NCBI RefSeq assembly: GCF_021028975.2
Contig: NC_059437.1
Location: 53,072,001-53,136,000 of the forward strand
Length of the DNA stretch: 64,000 bases
DNA from: Sphaerodactylus townsendi
Taxonomy: Eukaryota
Reading direction: 5' to 3'
In this document: piece after piece, positions 1 through 15,100 of the stretch
Layout: the number at the start of each line of letters is the position of its first letter
How positions within the stretch are numbered: the first letter of the stretch is position 1
Notes under the pieces: generated by a model
What the model was told of the DNA's origin: nothing
Databases searched by the model: none
What the model saw: only the letters and a program-made list of their open reading frames with translations
Position numbers and translations under genes: made by a program

Positions 1-183
1 GGGTGTTCTGAGGACAAATACAGGCTACCACAACCCTCCTTTACTGACAGGTGCAGGAGGCTAAACAGAAAGGATAGGAAGATACCCACAGGATTACAAA
101 ACCACACAGAGTTTAAAAAGCAAACCTTTATGATGAGACTCCTTTTACCTCCACCCAAATGAAAGCCAGGTGGGCATCGTTAC

Positions 184-3100
184 CTCTTTTTTCTTCTCCT
201 CTTTGTGCCGGTTGTCCAAAGAACTGGCTCCCTCTTCCATATCGTGAGTCATCAACAGAGCAAGCTCTTCTTCACTTTCTTTTCGAACTAACTGGTAACC
301 TTTCTGGGTGAGAGAGGGTTAAGAAGTGATGCTCAAGCGCCTTGTAAGCAGCAGTCAGCTCGTTGCTCAGTCTGCTTATTTTGCGCTGCCCTGCAACATT
401 CATTCTGTCGCGAGGGCTGAAGGTGGATCGCAATGGGAGCAAAAACGCAATCAATCCTTCATGGAAATGCTCGCAAGCATGATGTGCTCATGATACAAGA
501 CAGTATAGTGCAGTGATGGCGAACCTTTTTGAGACCGCGTGCCCAAACTGCAACCCAAAACCCACTTATTTATCGCAAAGTGCCAACATGGCAATTTAAC
601 CTGAATACTGAGGTTTTAGTATAGAGAAAACGGTTGGCTCCAAGGCACGCGTTACTCGGGAGTGAGCTTGGTGGCTTTGCTCTGAAGCAACTGTGCCACG
701 CTTCAAACGAGTGAATCACGACTGTAGGAGGGTTTACTCAGAAGCAAACCCCATTGCCAGCAACCAAGCTTACTCGCAGGTAAAGGATCACGCTTTCTTC
801 CCATGAAAATCAGTAGGGTTTAACAGCGCTTAACAGAATTACCTACACTGTTTCCCCAAAACTAGGTCTCAGGTTTAATGCCAATAATCTCCCTGAAATG
901 ATTACACTATTATCACATGACGAACTCTGTGCACGTGTGCCCACAGAGAGGGCTCTGAGTGCCACCTCTGGCACCCGTGCCATAGGTTCGCCACCACTGG
1001 TATAGTGGTTAGCACAGGATTAGGGCTGACAAAGCTAAACTCAAATCCCCCTCAAGTCACAAAGCTCACTGGGTGCTACTGAGCCAGGTAATCTCAGACA
1101 GGGCTGCTGTGAGATAAAGTGGAAAGACTCACGTGCTTGGAGGAAGGCTAAGAGAAACATGGTCTGCTCCCCAAGGATAGCCCAGTCAGAAACTGGTCTA
1201 TTATACACAAAATACAATTTGTTCAACTCTCCAACTGCTACACCTGTGTGCCATTGTTGACGTCTCCCAAACATCAGTTGGGAAGAATATGCTTTAGTTT
1301 AAAAATTAAACATTGCCCCCCCCCAATTCCTCAAAAGGATTCCCCACTCTCACACCCTTCCACTACCTGTTTGTGAGCACTTTGTCACCCGTACTCCCAG
1401 CGGAATATGCTATCTAGCACTACTAGAGAAGGGCATGTGATTCCCCACTCATTTCTTTCCAGTACGTACTCTGTATGGCCCGAATCCTTTGCGCCCGTTG
1501 TTCAACCAGTATAAATAAAGCGGTTTTCCACAAAGCAGCACAGGAACTGAAAGCAGAGCAATAGCCAATAGAAGCCTCTGTACAATCATCTGTTTCAGGA
1601 AGGGAAAAAAAGAAAAACTTTTACAGTTACGGTTTTTTTAGCAACACAACCCCCCCCCTCATTTATTGGGAAGGTGCACCCCTCCTCTCTATTCCCAAGG
1701 GGTGCAACAAAAATATACCGACAAACAATAGTTTCCAGTTACACAGCAGCAACTGGATGTGTGTGGGTTCTTAGCACAAGAGGAACCCTACATAACAACT
1801 GGCTGACCTATTAGCATGATTACCTGGACTCCTGTCATTTGAACACATGGAATAAACATGAAGCTGACTGGAGCACTGCCGTATGGATGACGGGCTCCTT
1901 CATTACCCACATGCCCCCACCCACCACCACCCCCTCAAGACAAGTATCAACTTTGTGCGAAAAGTTCCTTCCTATTATCCCACCAACCCTAACCTTTAAG
2001 CACCCATGTCTGGCTTGGTCTTAGCATCCCATTTATGCAGGGCTTGCCTCTTCACAACCAATACTGCCGTTTGGATCCAGGTATTCTTGAAATACCAAGC
2101 AGCAGGGATGAGTATCTAATTCCACTGTTCTGACTCTTTTCTATCCATTCTCAGCACCAGATTAACGCACGTATTCACCTCTTCCCAGAATTCAAGAGCT
2201 AGTGGACATTTCAAACGGTGGCTCAGAAGCAAGGGAGAGGCCTGCGGAGAGGCTATTTCATCGCTGCCATCTGCCCTACCCTTCCCTGGCAGCTCCCAGG
2301 GCTACAGAGGAAGCCGCCTTCTAGGAAGAGGGAAGGAAATACCAGCCTGCCTGGGCAGAGCTGCTGCCACCCACCCTGACTTATGTACTAACAGCAACTA
2401 GTAATGGAGAAGTTGGGCTAGTCTGTACATCTGTGAAATCTGATTGTCTTGCAGACATTTTGTACATTGTAAACCACTTTGGTACTGTATGGTATGGAGG
2501 AACTTGGGTTGAAAGAGTTCTAAATAAACAAACATATATTCCAGTGTGGCTTCCTGTGTCTCAAACATCTAGCCCAATGTTGAAAAATAAAAGATGCAAT
2601 AAAAGTTTGGGGTAGAAGTTCTTTTTAAGGGGAAAGATCCGAGAACTTGATTGATTTTCCTGCTGAAATGAAATCAAAGGATTGTACTTTCCTCTTTGGA
2701 AAATCCTGATCTCTAAGAATCGAGAAAGGGAAAAGAAAAGGAATTCAGCCCTGGAATGTTCTTTTTCAGAGCATAATGGTTACCAACCTGTCCTTGGAAA
2801 AAGAGCTCCTTTCCTTCCGAAGTAGGAAACAAGAACATGTTAATGAAGTGAATCAAAATGCTGGGAGCAGGCTCTGGGTCGCTAGCGGTACAAGCCAGCC
2901 ATTTAAAGATGATCAAAAACACAAGGTACCCGAAGATGGACAGCATGAACAGAAGTTGAGGAATGAAAACCAAATAAATATTGTACTTCTGTTTGAAATA
3001 CCTGAAGGGAAAAAGAAAAGGATTTTTTTTGTTTCAGCCAAACCAAAAATCCATCTCACACATTCACTTATGCCACTTACATAGGATTCCAGTGGGAACA

Positions 3101-6100
3101 AGACCAACCTATTAACTAGATCAGGGGTAGGGAACCTGCGGCCATGCTGTCAGGGGCTGATGGGAATTGTAGTTCCTGAACATCTGGAGCGCCGCAGGTT
3201 CCCTACCCCTGAACTAGATGAACGAGCATCCACCACACACACTCTCGCCCAATGGCCACTGTCTGCCCTGGCAGTGTTGCTAATTCTGAACCTGGGAGAA
3301 CCTCCTCGCCCCTTGAAGATTCTAGCACAAAGTAAATGCCTATAGAAGGAAATTAGGGGCTGGGGAAAGCCCACAGCTTGGCCAAGCAAACTGGTGAAAA
3401 ATTGTACACCAAATCCTGATTCCTTTGGTCACCAAGACAACAAGCTCCAGGGAAGCCTGCAGATCATAATTTCAGAGCAGCAGTCATATCAGTCTTAACG
3501 TAGCCTGAAAACTTGTACACCAAACCCCAATTCCTTCGGTCACCGAGACAACAAGCTCCAGCAGAATTAAGGGAGGCCTGCAGATCATAATTCCACAGCA
3601 GCAGCCATGTTAGTCTTTAAGATTCCCTGACCTGACCTGGACAGCCCAGGTTGACCTGTTCTTATCAGATCTCAGAAGCCAAGCAGGTTTGACCCTGGTT
3701 AATACTGGATGGAAGACCTTGAAGGAATACCATAGTTGTGACATGGAGGGAGGCAACAGCAAGCCACTTCTGGCTGTCTCTTGCCTTGAAAACCCTAAAG
3801 GGTTGCCATAAGTGAAACTTGTAGGCCAAAAAAAAGACACTACAGTTAATTTTTTGCTGCAACAGACTAAAAAATATTTTATTTCAGGATAAGCTTTCAT
3901 GGACTCGAGCCTGCTACATATATTGGTTTTCTTAACATCATCTCATAAATTTCTAGCAACTATTATGTGCGTTTGACAAGACAAGCCATAGCTCATAAAA
4001 GATGGATCTCATAGATCCCAGTCTCTCTTGCTGCGAGGCGGATAAGGGGGATGGGGAGCCAAGAACATGCTCCACAACCCTTTAAGTGCTCTCCTCAAAT
4101 AAAACCTGCAGACCTACAGCAATTTCAAGCCATTCCCATCTCAAACAAACACAGAAAGCACACAAATCATTGCTGCAATTATGTGACCCCACTGCCATAC
4201 TTACAAGTGGTTAAAGCCCCCCAAGAGAACTCCAAAAGTCATGTGGATCACTCCGAGAATTATGGACATTTTCATTTTGAAGGAATTTAAGAAGCTGAGG
4301 CGATTGCTGGCCAGGCTCCAGATCTGGAGAGGAAACAGACAGACACACACACATATACATTCAAGGTTCTCTCTTTGCTTTGGAAAACAATCCTGAAGAA
4401 GTTCTTCATTCAAATTTTAACCAGAAGCAAGAATCTGAAGATGGCAGTAGCTCCTTCACTCTGGCAAACAAGGAGCTCTTCACAGCTTGTTCACAAACAC
4501 TCTACAGCAGACATAAGCAAACCTAGTTGCAAATGCCTTAGCAGACCAGGTGCTCGGGAACAGCAGCAGCAGAAGGCCATTGCTTTCACCTCCTGCATGT
4601 GAGCTCCCAAAGGCACCTGGTGGGCCTCTGCAAGTAATAGAATGGTGGACTAGATGGACTCTGGTCTGATCCAGCAGGCTCATTCTTATGTTCTTAACCG
4701 ACAGAAGTTTTTCCATTTCGAAAAAGGGGTTTGCGGGGTGGGGTGAGGGGGTTGCTCACAAAGTCTTTGGAGGATCCATTCTTCTATGAAGGGGCAGCTA
4801 CTTCTGAATGGGCGTCCCCTGCAAACACAAAGCTGATGGCTTCTTGGGATCTTCTGAACCTCTTTTTGGTCCAATGAAATCGAGGAAAGCCAAGATAGGC
4901 TCTTTGCTTCAGAGGGGGAATCACTGATTTAGGGTCTTGCATATGGAGCAAAGGAATTTGGCACCATCAGCTGTATCCTGCAAATCACAGGAAGGCAGGC
5001 AACAAGGAATGAATCTTCTGTGGAGTCTCCATAGGGCTCTACTTAGTTCTACAATTCTACTTAGTTCTTTGTTGAAAAGGGTATACGAAGGAGACGAGGT
5101 GCAGAAAAACGGGATTGGAGGAAAAGCTATCACCAATACCATATAGCATCTATAGCCATATCTTAGGGCAAGGAAATTCACAACGGCAGGCAAAGACGCA
5201 CGTGCTCACAAACGAAATGATTTCCACGTGCCCAACTCTATGGTCTATATAATTAACTGCCGCCAAATGGCCAGACCTGTTTTAGGAGCCTATGTTTTTA
5301 TCCAATAAGTTTTTAATCTTCTGTTTTGGGCTACAACTTTAAAAATGGAGAGACGGTTTATTTTAAAAAATCAAAGCTCCCATGACAGGATACAAAGCTG
5401 TAGAAATACAGGTTACCCACCTTCCTCTAAAGCAGCGATTCCCAACCAGGGTTCCGTGGTACCCTGGGGTACCCTGAGCACATCCCAGGGGTTCCATGAC
5501 AATGCTACCGCCTGCCCCCCCCCACTGAAATCAAATGGATTTTGAAGGGGGGGTTGGAAGCCTCATGGGCTCCCTTTAAACAACATTGAAAATGTTCCCT
5601 AAATTCGGTGTGGATGGAGGGGGGGTAGATTTAAAGGGAGCACTCCCTTTAAATCCCCCCAATCCATGCCAAATTTAGGCAAATAACGCAGCTGTCAACG
5701 CTGCTTTCCCTCCTCTCTCCCTGCTTGCCACTCCCCCCATCTAAAGGCCAGAAACGAAAAAAACCATTACAAAATGCAAAAAAAAAAATCAAATGAACCT
5801 CAAGGATACCCTGAGATATGAAGAGCAAGGTCAAGTTACCGCAATGTCGAAAAGGTTGGGAAACACTGCTCTAAGGCCATTACTGTAAGGGTCAGAGGAC
5901 CCTCCATAAAAACACACTCCACAGCAGAGAGCTACAGGATGAATGGTGAATTGGCTGAAGATGCCCCCCCCCCCCCCCATGAGATATTTTTCTGAGGGAG
6001 GGTACTTCTCAGTCCTTTCCTACAGCATTTGGGGAGGCACTGGAGGCTGGAGGGGGGAGGCAGAAAGACCCCAGTTTTGAAAGATCAGCCAGTTCACTGA

Positions 6101-9100
6101 GACCTTGAAGGCTCAACGCTACCAGTGGTGGGACTTTCAGGAAAGAACACTCACCGGGTCTATCCCAAAAGGATACGCTCCTCTGAACACGCCAGTCACT
6201 GCTGAATTCAGCATCAAATGCTGATTCTTCAAATCCTCAGGTCTACAAACAGAAGCGACAGGCAGGATCTGAGAGGTGTTTTTAGCACTTTAGCAGAACT
6301 TGAATCTCATTTTACATTTATGTTTAGCAAGTACTTGTTTTCCATTCAAAGCTACTTAGATAACCATGGTAAGAACACAGAATGACCAGATTAAAGATCA
6401 AAGCCAATACACACAAACAATGTAAAAAGGTAAAGCTTAAAAAAATGTTTACAAGCAAGTAGGCACATATATATAAACAGTGTAAATCAATCCATGCAAA
6501 ATGATGAGCTGCCAGGCTTTCTTGCTCGTTTCGTGGAAGTTCGTGCAGTCTGCTCACTTACATGGCATGGTACGCCTTTCATGCAAATTAATGTTATACA
6601 CATTTAAGCACTCAACAATTCTTTGATCTGTTCTAGAGGTCAAAAATGTGATATTAACCCATAAAACGAGCAAGAAAACAATGGTGGCTCATTTAGAATA
6701 GACTGATTTATACCATTTATATATGTGTGTGTAAGTGTGCACGCCTACTTGCTTGTATGTTTTGATCACTTTAGATTAAATACTTGAATATTTATGCACT
6801 CAGGAAAATGTTTTGGGATTGCCTATGTAGTACTATTTGCTTTTTGGTGTATGGTTCTGGCCCTTGGTGAACTGCTGTTTATTTTGGCTATTTATTATTC
6901 GTGTTCCAGTAAACCAGTAATAATTTTACACGCATTCAGAAGATATCTTGAAAAGCGGCTGAAATAACAAATCAATTACTAGAATGATAAGTATAGAATA
7001 GGTGCATACGTGTACCAGGGCAAAAGTACAGAGCTCCACAGAGACGTACAGTCAACAGTTTCCTATCTAAAGATAGTGGACTGTTTCAGTGCTATTTCAG
7101 ATTAAGCAAGAGCCACCTACTTCCATACATTCTGCTCAAACATTTGCGAAACGTTCCAGTGGGAGCCAAATATATTCAAAGACTTTGAAAAACAGTCATT
7201 GTAGATCAAGCCGGTGTAGACCGAAAACAGGCCCATCAGCAAGATAATGTATCGTCCCTCGAAGAACATTTTCATGATCTGCAAACAGTAATGCACAGGA
7301 CCGGTCAGGGCCAGGTGAACTTTAAAGACAAGAACGTTGATTACAAACTCAACACACAGGCGTGGGATTCACTTTAAACGAGCGAAGAAGAAGAAGAAGA
7401 AGAAGAAGAAGAAGAAGAAGAAGAAGAAGAAGAAGATGATGATGATGATGATGATGGAGGAGGAGGAGGAGGAATATCCCCCCCCCTTTCTCTCCTGAAG
7501 GAGACTTAAAGGGGAATACAATCTCCTTTCCCTTCCCCTCCACCTCCATCTGAGCAGCGCCAGCTGGCAACATAATGGGGCAGGGATACCAGCACTGCTC
7601 AATCGAAGGAAAAGGTTTAGGGGGGGGTTGTTGCAGGGCAGTGGTGGTGTAGTGGTGGGAAGGGCAGCGGGGATAGTTCAGCAGGGGGAGGGAAAGTTTG
7701 GCTGGGGCCATGGGGAAAGAGGGGGCAGGGGACCAAAATGCTCCCCCCCACATGACCCTGAGTAGTGCCTGGGTTAAATGACCCTCCTTGCTCCCCTAGA
7801 TCCACCAGCATTTCTCTGTTCCACAACTGCACACACCGGTAGGAGGGGAGAACAAGAGGCACACTTGCAGGAGGTCCAGAAACAGAAATATCAATTATAA
7901 ATTAAGAGTAAGCTTTCCTTACTTCATCCTGCGATCGCCTCAGCCGCGGGTGTTTTTCAAAGACAACCAACATCAGAGCAAATAGGAACATAAGAAAGCC
8001 ATGTCCACAGTCTCCAAACATAACAGCAAATATAAAAGGGAAGGTGATTATGGTGAACAGAGCTGCAACAATCAGAGAGAGAAAAAATCAGAACAGCTAT
8101 TTTTATATGCACTGTCTTGGAATTCTACAGCTGTTGGCTACCTTGGTTATTTAAGTCAGAGACAAAGTGCTTTTGTTTTTGGCATCATGGTTCCTAAGGA
8201 ACATAAGCAGGCTTTGGGGCAAGGTGGTTTCCAGCCATCAGTAACCACAGCCTCCCCCTTCCTCCTTGTCACAAGAACATCTCTTGGAGCTGCTCAATAC
8301 AGGCTCCAACCAAATGACTGCTGAGGAGGAGGTCTGGGGGAAATAGAGATGGAAAATCTGCACTGATGTGCATACATATGAAACACTGCAGAGAGGAATG
8401 TGCTTCAGTGCTCTTCACAGCAGCTAGTCTGGAAACTCTAATTTCAATTCAGAATCATAGGCTCATTCCACACATACAGAATAATGCACTTTCAAACTGC
8501 TTTCAATGCTTTTTGAAGCTGTGCGGAATGGCAAAATCCACTTGCAAACAGTTGTGAAAGTGGTTTGAAAATGCATTATTTTGCGTGTGCGGAAGGGGAC
8601 AATGCCAACCCCCCTCCCCCATAAAAAACTGTTTTACTTCATTATTTGCAGCACAGCCTACATGCAAGCTTGATATCACACATGCTTAAAAACCAGAGCC
8701 AACTGCATCCCTGCTGTTCCAAGTCTGTCTCTGAAGCAAGACCATTTCCTGAATCACGCAAGTTTCAACTTATACCTACAACCTCTGACACAAGTTGGTT
8801 TCCCCCAATCCCTTTCCCCAGTTCTCATGTGGAAGACCAGGGACCTCTTCCTTCCCCACATTTAGGGTACACGAGGATAACCAAGGTGCCAGGCTGAGAT
8901 TAGGGAGAAATGGTCCAAATCCCCATCAGGCCCTGAAGCACACTGGGTAAACTTGGACCAGTCAGCCTAGTTATTGCATTGATGAATGATGGAACAGAAG
9001 CTCCACTTTCTCTCTGATTTCGGAATTAACAATGACAACATGAATTACAAGAATCAAATAGATGGGGGCAAGGGAGAACTACCTAAGCTGACTTCTGCAC

Positions 9101-12100
9101 TTTGGAGAAAGGGCAGGAGAAAAATATTGTTAACAGAATATGCAACAGCAGTGCTGGACAAACATTACATAGAGACTGTTTGTGATGCATACGTTTCTGG
9201 AAAAGGCTATTCGAGGCATTTTGAAAGAAGGGAGGAACCAGGTAAGGAGTTGCAGGTAAACCCTGGTCTCAAGAAATACTCGTCTACATGCAACAGCACC
9301 TACCCGGATTGACTTCCCTGTAGTTCCCAATCCCATATGCGTCAACAATGTTTTGGAACCCCAAAGTAAATTTATTGGTGCGGATCAAAGTCGGAGGCGT
9401 CTCTGTTGACGGGATTGTATTGATGAATGATGGAACAGAAGCTCCACTTTCTCTCTGATTTCGGAATTAACAATGACAACATGAATTATTCTTTACAAAC
9501 TGGGAAAATAACAATTGCTTTTCACATTCTGTCATCCAAACATTAGTCCCATGAAGATGCTGGGTATGGACATACCACAAGAAACCACAACTGCAGCACC
9601 TTGGTCCCCCCTCCCGATTACTCTCATATTGACTTTCACATCTGCACACAGGCCTAGGATCATAAAGTTGGAAGGGGCCATACAAGCCATCCAGCCCAAC
9701 CTACTAAACGCAGGAGGCAGGACAAGATGGCTTGTACATCTCCTCCCAACTCTATGATTCTAGGCCTGTGTACCTGCACACAGCATGGGTCTGAAAAGCA
9801 TAATCCCTGCACCTCAACTCTGCCATAAACAAATTACAATCCTAAGTGTATGTGCCCCTGTGCAAACAGAAAAACCACCCTAGGTGTAGCATGATCCCAA
9901 TACTCCACTCAACGTACATTCCCAGCATCTGCACAGCATTTCAGTCGACCCTCTTTAAGCCTTACTGTACATTCAGCTTCAACCATCATGATCCATACGT
10001 GTCACTCAGCCCTTTGTTTACTTCTATCGTAAATATATCCAAAATTAACACAATACTAAACCTTGAATGTTATTCAAAAACGGCACAGCCACCCTGCAAG
10101 CGACTTCATTGACTTACAGATCCTTCCTCGAGGGCTCGGCGCATGTTAGGCAGATCTGCAACTGGGCACCAAACTTCAGCAATGAGGCATTTGTTGGTCA
10201 CATCGAAGCTGCAGAGGTTAAGCACGTGATAGATGGCTTTCATCTTCTTCACTTGGACATCCCAGGTGTAGATGGATTCAGACGCTTTGCATAAAACTTG
10301 TCGCAAGTAATCTTCAGTTTTATGCAGTACCTTTGTGGGGGGGGGGGGGAGGTTGGTTTAAAAAAGTGAAATAAGATTTTTAAAATACTTAAACTGTGCC
10401 TATATTCTGGGGAAAAACTGCCAGATAAGAATACAGAAACTTCCCACATTCATTCTCTTCTGTAAAAGGTGCAAAGTGAAATTGTTTCAATGACCCTTCG
10501 GCTGAACTAAAGAATTTCTCCAACTGGCAGATGGTGGTGATATTTATTGCAGGAGTTGCAGGTTGAACATGATTTATCTATTTCAGCTATTTCTTTATTA
10601 ACTGTATGTGTCTGCATTTTACAAGCTGCCTTGGACATTGTAGAAAGATGGGATACTGTCAGGACTCCTGGTCTGCTGACGAAAAGCACTTACGTGTAAG
10701 CAAAAGTCTTTATTCAGTAACAGCAGTTCAGGGAAAGATATGGCATCAGATGTTTATTGACAGAACTGAGAAATCCCGCAAAAAAACCCCTTTCAAATAG
10801 GAAAAGGGACTTGCCATCCTACTCCAAGCCACACCTCCTATCCCAGAGGAGCCAGACTCTTCCCTCTCTGCTGAAGAGGAATGCAGCTGGCCTCTCCTTA
10901 TCACATTCTACTCCAGCCAAGTCAACACAGGAAATAACCCCAGGTCTAACTACAACAGCAGGTGAATTCCCTGGACAACGTATGGGGGGGAGGGGAAAGG
11001 AACACAAACTACTGAACCCACCTCCCGCTAGGAAAGGGCATTATGATCAGGCCTGATATGACTGGGCATGACATGTACAAATATTTAAAAATACCAACAC
11101 ACATAGCAGAAAGGCACTGATCAAACAAAGGGCAATTTACAGAAACTGGACATATCAGATTCTTGCATTATCTGTATTCTAAGCAGGCCTTGTGAGGTTT
11201 GTATCAGGGATACGTAACTGACAGCCTCCAAAGTACTTTTGCCTAGCCCTAGCCAATGGGAAGTGGGCTCACAAAGGTAATAAACAGTCATTCTGTTCTC
11301 CAGCATCATTTGCATTTAATAAGCAAATGTGTATTTGTAATGTGTTGTCTGAGAAGATGTGGTTCATATGGTGTGACGAGCTAACTGCTTCCATCCCAAA
11401 AATACACAGGGCATCTCTAGTTTACAAGAAAGCCCATTTTGACGAAAAGTATTCCTGTCACAATCAGAAGTCCTTTCCTTAGTACAGACTGACACTCAGA
11501 ATAGGGGAAGCTTCCAGACACATTCTTCCACGAGAAAGGGATCTGGGAGTCTTAGTAGACCACAGATTGAACATGAGTCAAGCAGTGTGATGTGGCAGCC
11601 AAGAAAGCCAATGCGATTCTGGGCTGAATCAACAGGAGTATAGCGTCTAGATCGAGGGATGTAATTGTACCTCTCTATTCTGCATTGGTTAGACCTCACC
11701 TGGAATATTGCGAACAGTTCTGGGCACTGCAATTCAAGGATATTGACAAGCTAGAATGGGTCCAGAGGAGGGCAACTAAAATGGCAAAAGGTCCATGCCC
11801 TATGAGGAGAGACTTAGGGAGCTGGGGATGTTTAGTTTGGTGAAGAGAAGGCTAAGATGTGACATGATAGCAATGTTTAGATATCTGAAAGGATGTCATG
11901 TTGGTGAGGGAGCAAGCTTGTTTTCTGCTGCTCTACAGACTAGGACCAGGAATAATGGGTTCAAGGTGAAGGAAGAGAGATTCCACCTAAATATCAGGAA
12001 AAATATCAGTGGAATGCACTACCTCGGTGGAGATGGCGGAGTCTCCTCTGGAGGTTTTTGAAGACTGGCTGTATGGTCATGTGACAGAGTGCTTTGATTG

Positions 12101-15100
12101 TGTGTTCCTGCATTGCGAGGGGTTGGACTTGATGGCTCTTGGTGTCTCTTCCAACTCTATGATTCTATGAATGCACGCACAATGGCTTCTCCAGCTGACA
12201 AATAAGGAACAGTGAATAACTTCCTACTTACAATGTGCAGGTCCTGAATACGAACTTGCAGTCCTTCCATAACCGTCTGGTGATCCTCGGGCGTGTTAGG
12301 ATAAGGGTAGATGTGACAATGGTAGCTGGCAAAAAATATATATCTTGTATACAAAAAAGAAAAACAAAGGAAAGAAACACAGTGCTGCAAAGGGAGGAGT
12401 TGGATCGCACAGAGTCGTTCCATAAGCAAAAGGAACTTTCCCCCAATGCAGGGTGCTCCTGCACTAAAGGAAAGAACCTCTCTGCTGGAGTAATGAGTCC
12501 ACAAGCCAGGTCAGTGACTGCCAAGACTGTCTTGCAAACAAACAAACCCTGCTGGAGGAACAGGAAGGTTTTCAAACTGCAATATGGGATGCCTTGGAAG
12601 GTCAGAGTTTTCTTAAGATGAGAGCAGTAATGGCAGACAAATATGAAATATTGCCATTACCAGCTTTCCCTTTCAATACGTACTTACAAAAATGTACGGA
12701 AGGGTGAAGAGAGCCAGCGTAGTGTAGTGGTTAAGAGCGGCAGACTCTGATCTGGAGAACTGGGTTCAACTGCAAGTAGCAGAGAGCTGGACTAGATGGA
12801 CTCTGGTCTGATCCAGCTGGCTTGTTCTTATGTTCTTAACTCTACCCCCCTTCCATATGAAGCCTGCTGGGTGACCTGAGCCGGTCACAGTTCTCTCAGA
12901 ACTCTCCAGCCCACGTGGAGGCAGACAATGGTAAACCAGCTCTGAACATCTCTTGCCTTGAAAACCTTATGAGGCCGCCATATGTCAGCTTTGACTTGAC
13001 CATGCATACAAATATTGTAGGATGCACATTCAGTTCATTCAGGGCAACAGAGGCCTACAAACCCCTCGCCCTGACTAATTTAAGTGTGCAACCTCAAACC
13101 CCCCTTCCCTACCAATCCCCGGCTATAGGGAGATTAAGTTAATGCGGATTGCATTCCTGGAGAGAAGAACGTCTGGAAAACCAGGGAAGGTCAGAATCTT
13201 CATTTTTTCGGACGGTGAATTAAAACTTGAGCTGATGTAGTGAGTTTGATTAAAACCTCAGTTTGCACACCTTGACAGATCATTGTGCAGTGCAATTATG
13301 TTTGAAAGCAGCTGCTTTGTGAAAGCCCAGAAAGGAAATAAGGACAACACAAGTCACACGTTGATCCCCTCACAGTTTGATCAGACACACCTCTAACCCC
13401 AAAACACCAATGGCTCTTGCTCTTGCTCTCTGAAGCATGGAACAAAAAAAGACTTCAATGAAGCACAAGCCAATTCATTTCCTGTGCATACCGGCCACAA
13501 TATCAAAAGGTCTCGTTTGCACTTTAAAGAGCAAAGAAAGGCTTGCTTCTGGCTCCCTGCAAGTCTGCAACTCGGCAAGCGCCCGGAGGGACTCTCAAAC
13601 CGTGTGCACAGAGCATTTTCTGAGGCATTTTTGTTCAAGCTCAGAAAAGGCAGAATCAGACATTTTCTCAGCATTTCAGCCAAGAAAGCCAAAGCTCAGC
13701 TGCCTGTTGTGCGATTTCCACAAACAGGGCAGCAAACTCAGCTTTGAGATTGTGTGTACATTTGACAGAGACCAGAAGTCAAGCCATCCGTCTGATGAAC
13801 TTATCAATATGAAACATGACATCCCAAAACATTTTGGTTTTATTAACACCCACACATTACATCTTCGGGCTGTGCAGCTAATATTTTTAAGTGCGTACCT
13901 AAACGTGCAATTTGTTCCCAGTATCAAGGGGAATATAGAGGGTCTCACACAAGGCCCCCTTGACTGGGATGGGTAGGGGCTGCATGCCATCATTTTTGCC
14001 TGCATAACTACCTGGCTGCACCACTTAAGCTTTTTTTAAATCTTTAAGATGGTCACCTTCGACAACAAAAAAATCTCTGTAAGGCAAACGTCACAGAACA
14101 TGAATAAGTATGAAGTCTATGATTAAACAGAGGTCAACTCTTACCAGTCACATATCTTCTTAACTTTTTGGCCTATCTGCTCACCCCAGTAAGATATTAA
14201 GAAACAAAACCATCTGGTAGGTTCTCCCTGAAAAGAGAACATAAATGATCAGAGTATAAATCCATTACTGAGTCTACCAACTTTTGATCAATCAGCCATT
14301 TGCATTAAGTTAATAAATGGGGTTTTACATGATTTTCTTAAAATAGGTTTTGTTATACAGAAAATAAGGGGAGTACGTACACTTGAGCAAACATTTCATA
14401 CAAATGGCAGGTCTGAGAAAAGACCCAATTAAAGTGGTTGAGCTAAGCCCAGTCACCCCCACCACCCCAAAATGGATACAGCGACAGGAACCAAACAAAC
14501 CTTTTGGTCACCATGTAAATTAGGGAGGGCAAGGGAAAATCCCTTACCTGTGATTTGGTTTTTGCAGGTTGAACACTAATGAGAGTTTAATCATCAGACC
14601 CCCATATTATGGTTTCATAACCTGGTTTCAGTTAATATTTAGACATTGATTAGGTACCCCGATGCAAAGCTTCACCCAATAAAAGAAAACAAACTGTGGT
14701 AAAACGTTAGATCGATATAGGGACGTGTGCAGCCATCGCAGTTTATATGCAGTTGTCACTTAGGCAGGGAGGGCTGTGCACCATTCATAACCATTCTGTG
14801 TTGTATAACTATCACTGTCACTCACTGTGTCGGGATTGTCGAGACACTCTTCCAGTTCAGAATAAGAAAGAATCGTGTATCCTTTGCAGACCCTCCACAG
14901 CATTTTTTCAAAGGCTTCGATTTTTGCTTGGTGAATTAAGCCGGATACAAATCTACATTTAAAAAAAAAGTCAAAATATAATACAGGTGTAAACCTGGAA
15001 TGTGATTAGATAAGCACTTGGACTTTTATCAAACAAGGACTAAATTATCTCAGTATTTATAGAAGATTTTTTTCAGCTCAATCCGGGGGGTGGGGGGGAT

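Noticed and set aside
3640-3735. Functional 5S rRNA gene
   Set aside because: Too diverged, the 5' end is not 5S-like, there is no T-run terminator, and it is fused to a retroposon tail.
7349-7753. ORFs with poly-His/Leu/Phe tracts
   Set aside because: Translations of the (GAA)(GAT)(GAG) microsatellite.
13437-13976. 179-aa plus-strand ORF, the longest in the track
   Set aside because: Antisense within ATP6V0A2 intron 7, with no recognisable motif or supporting splice pattern; likely chance.
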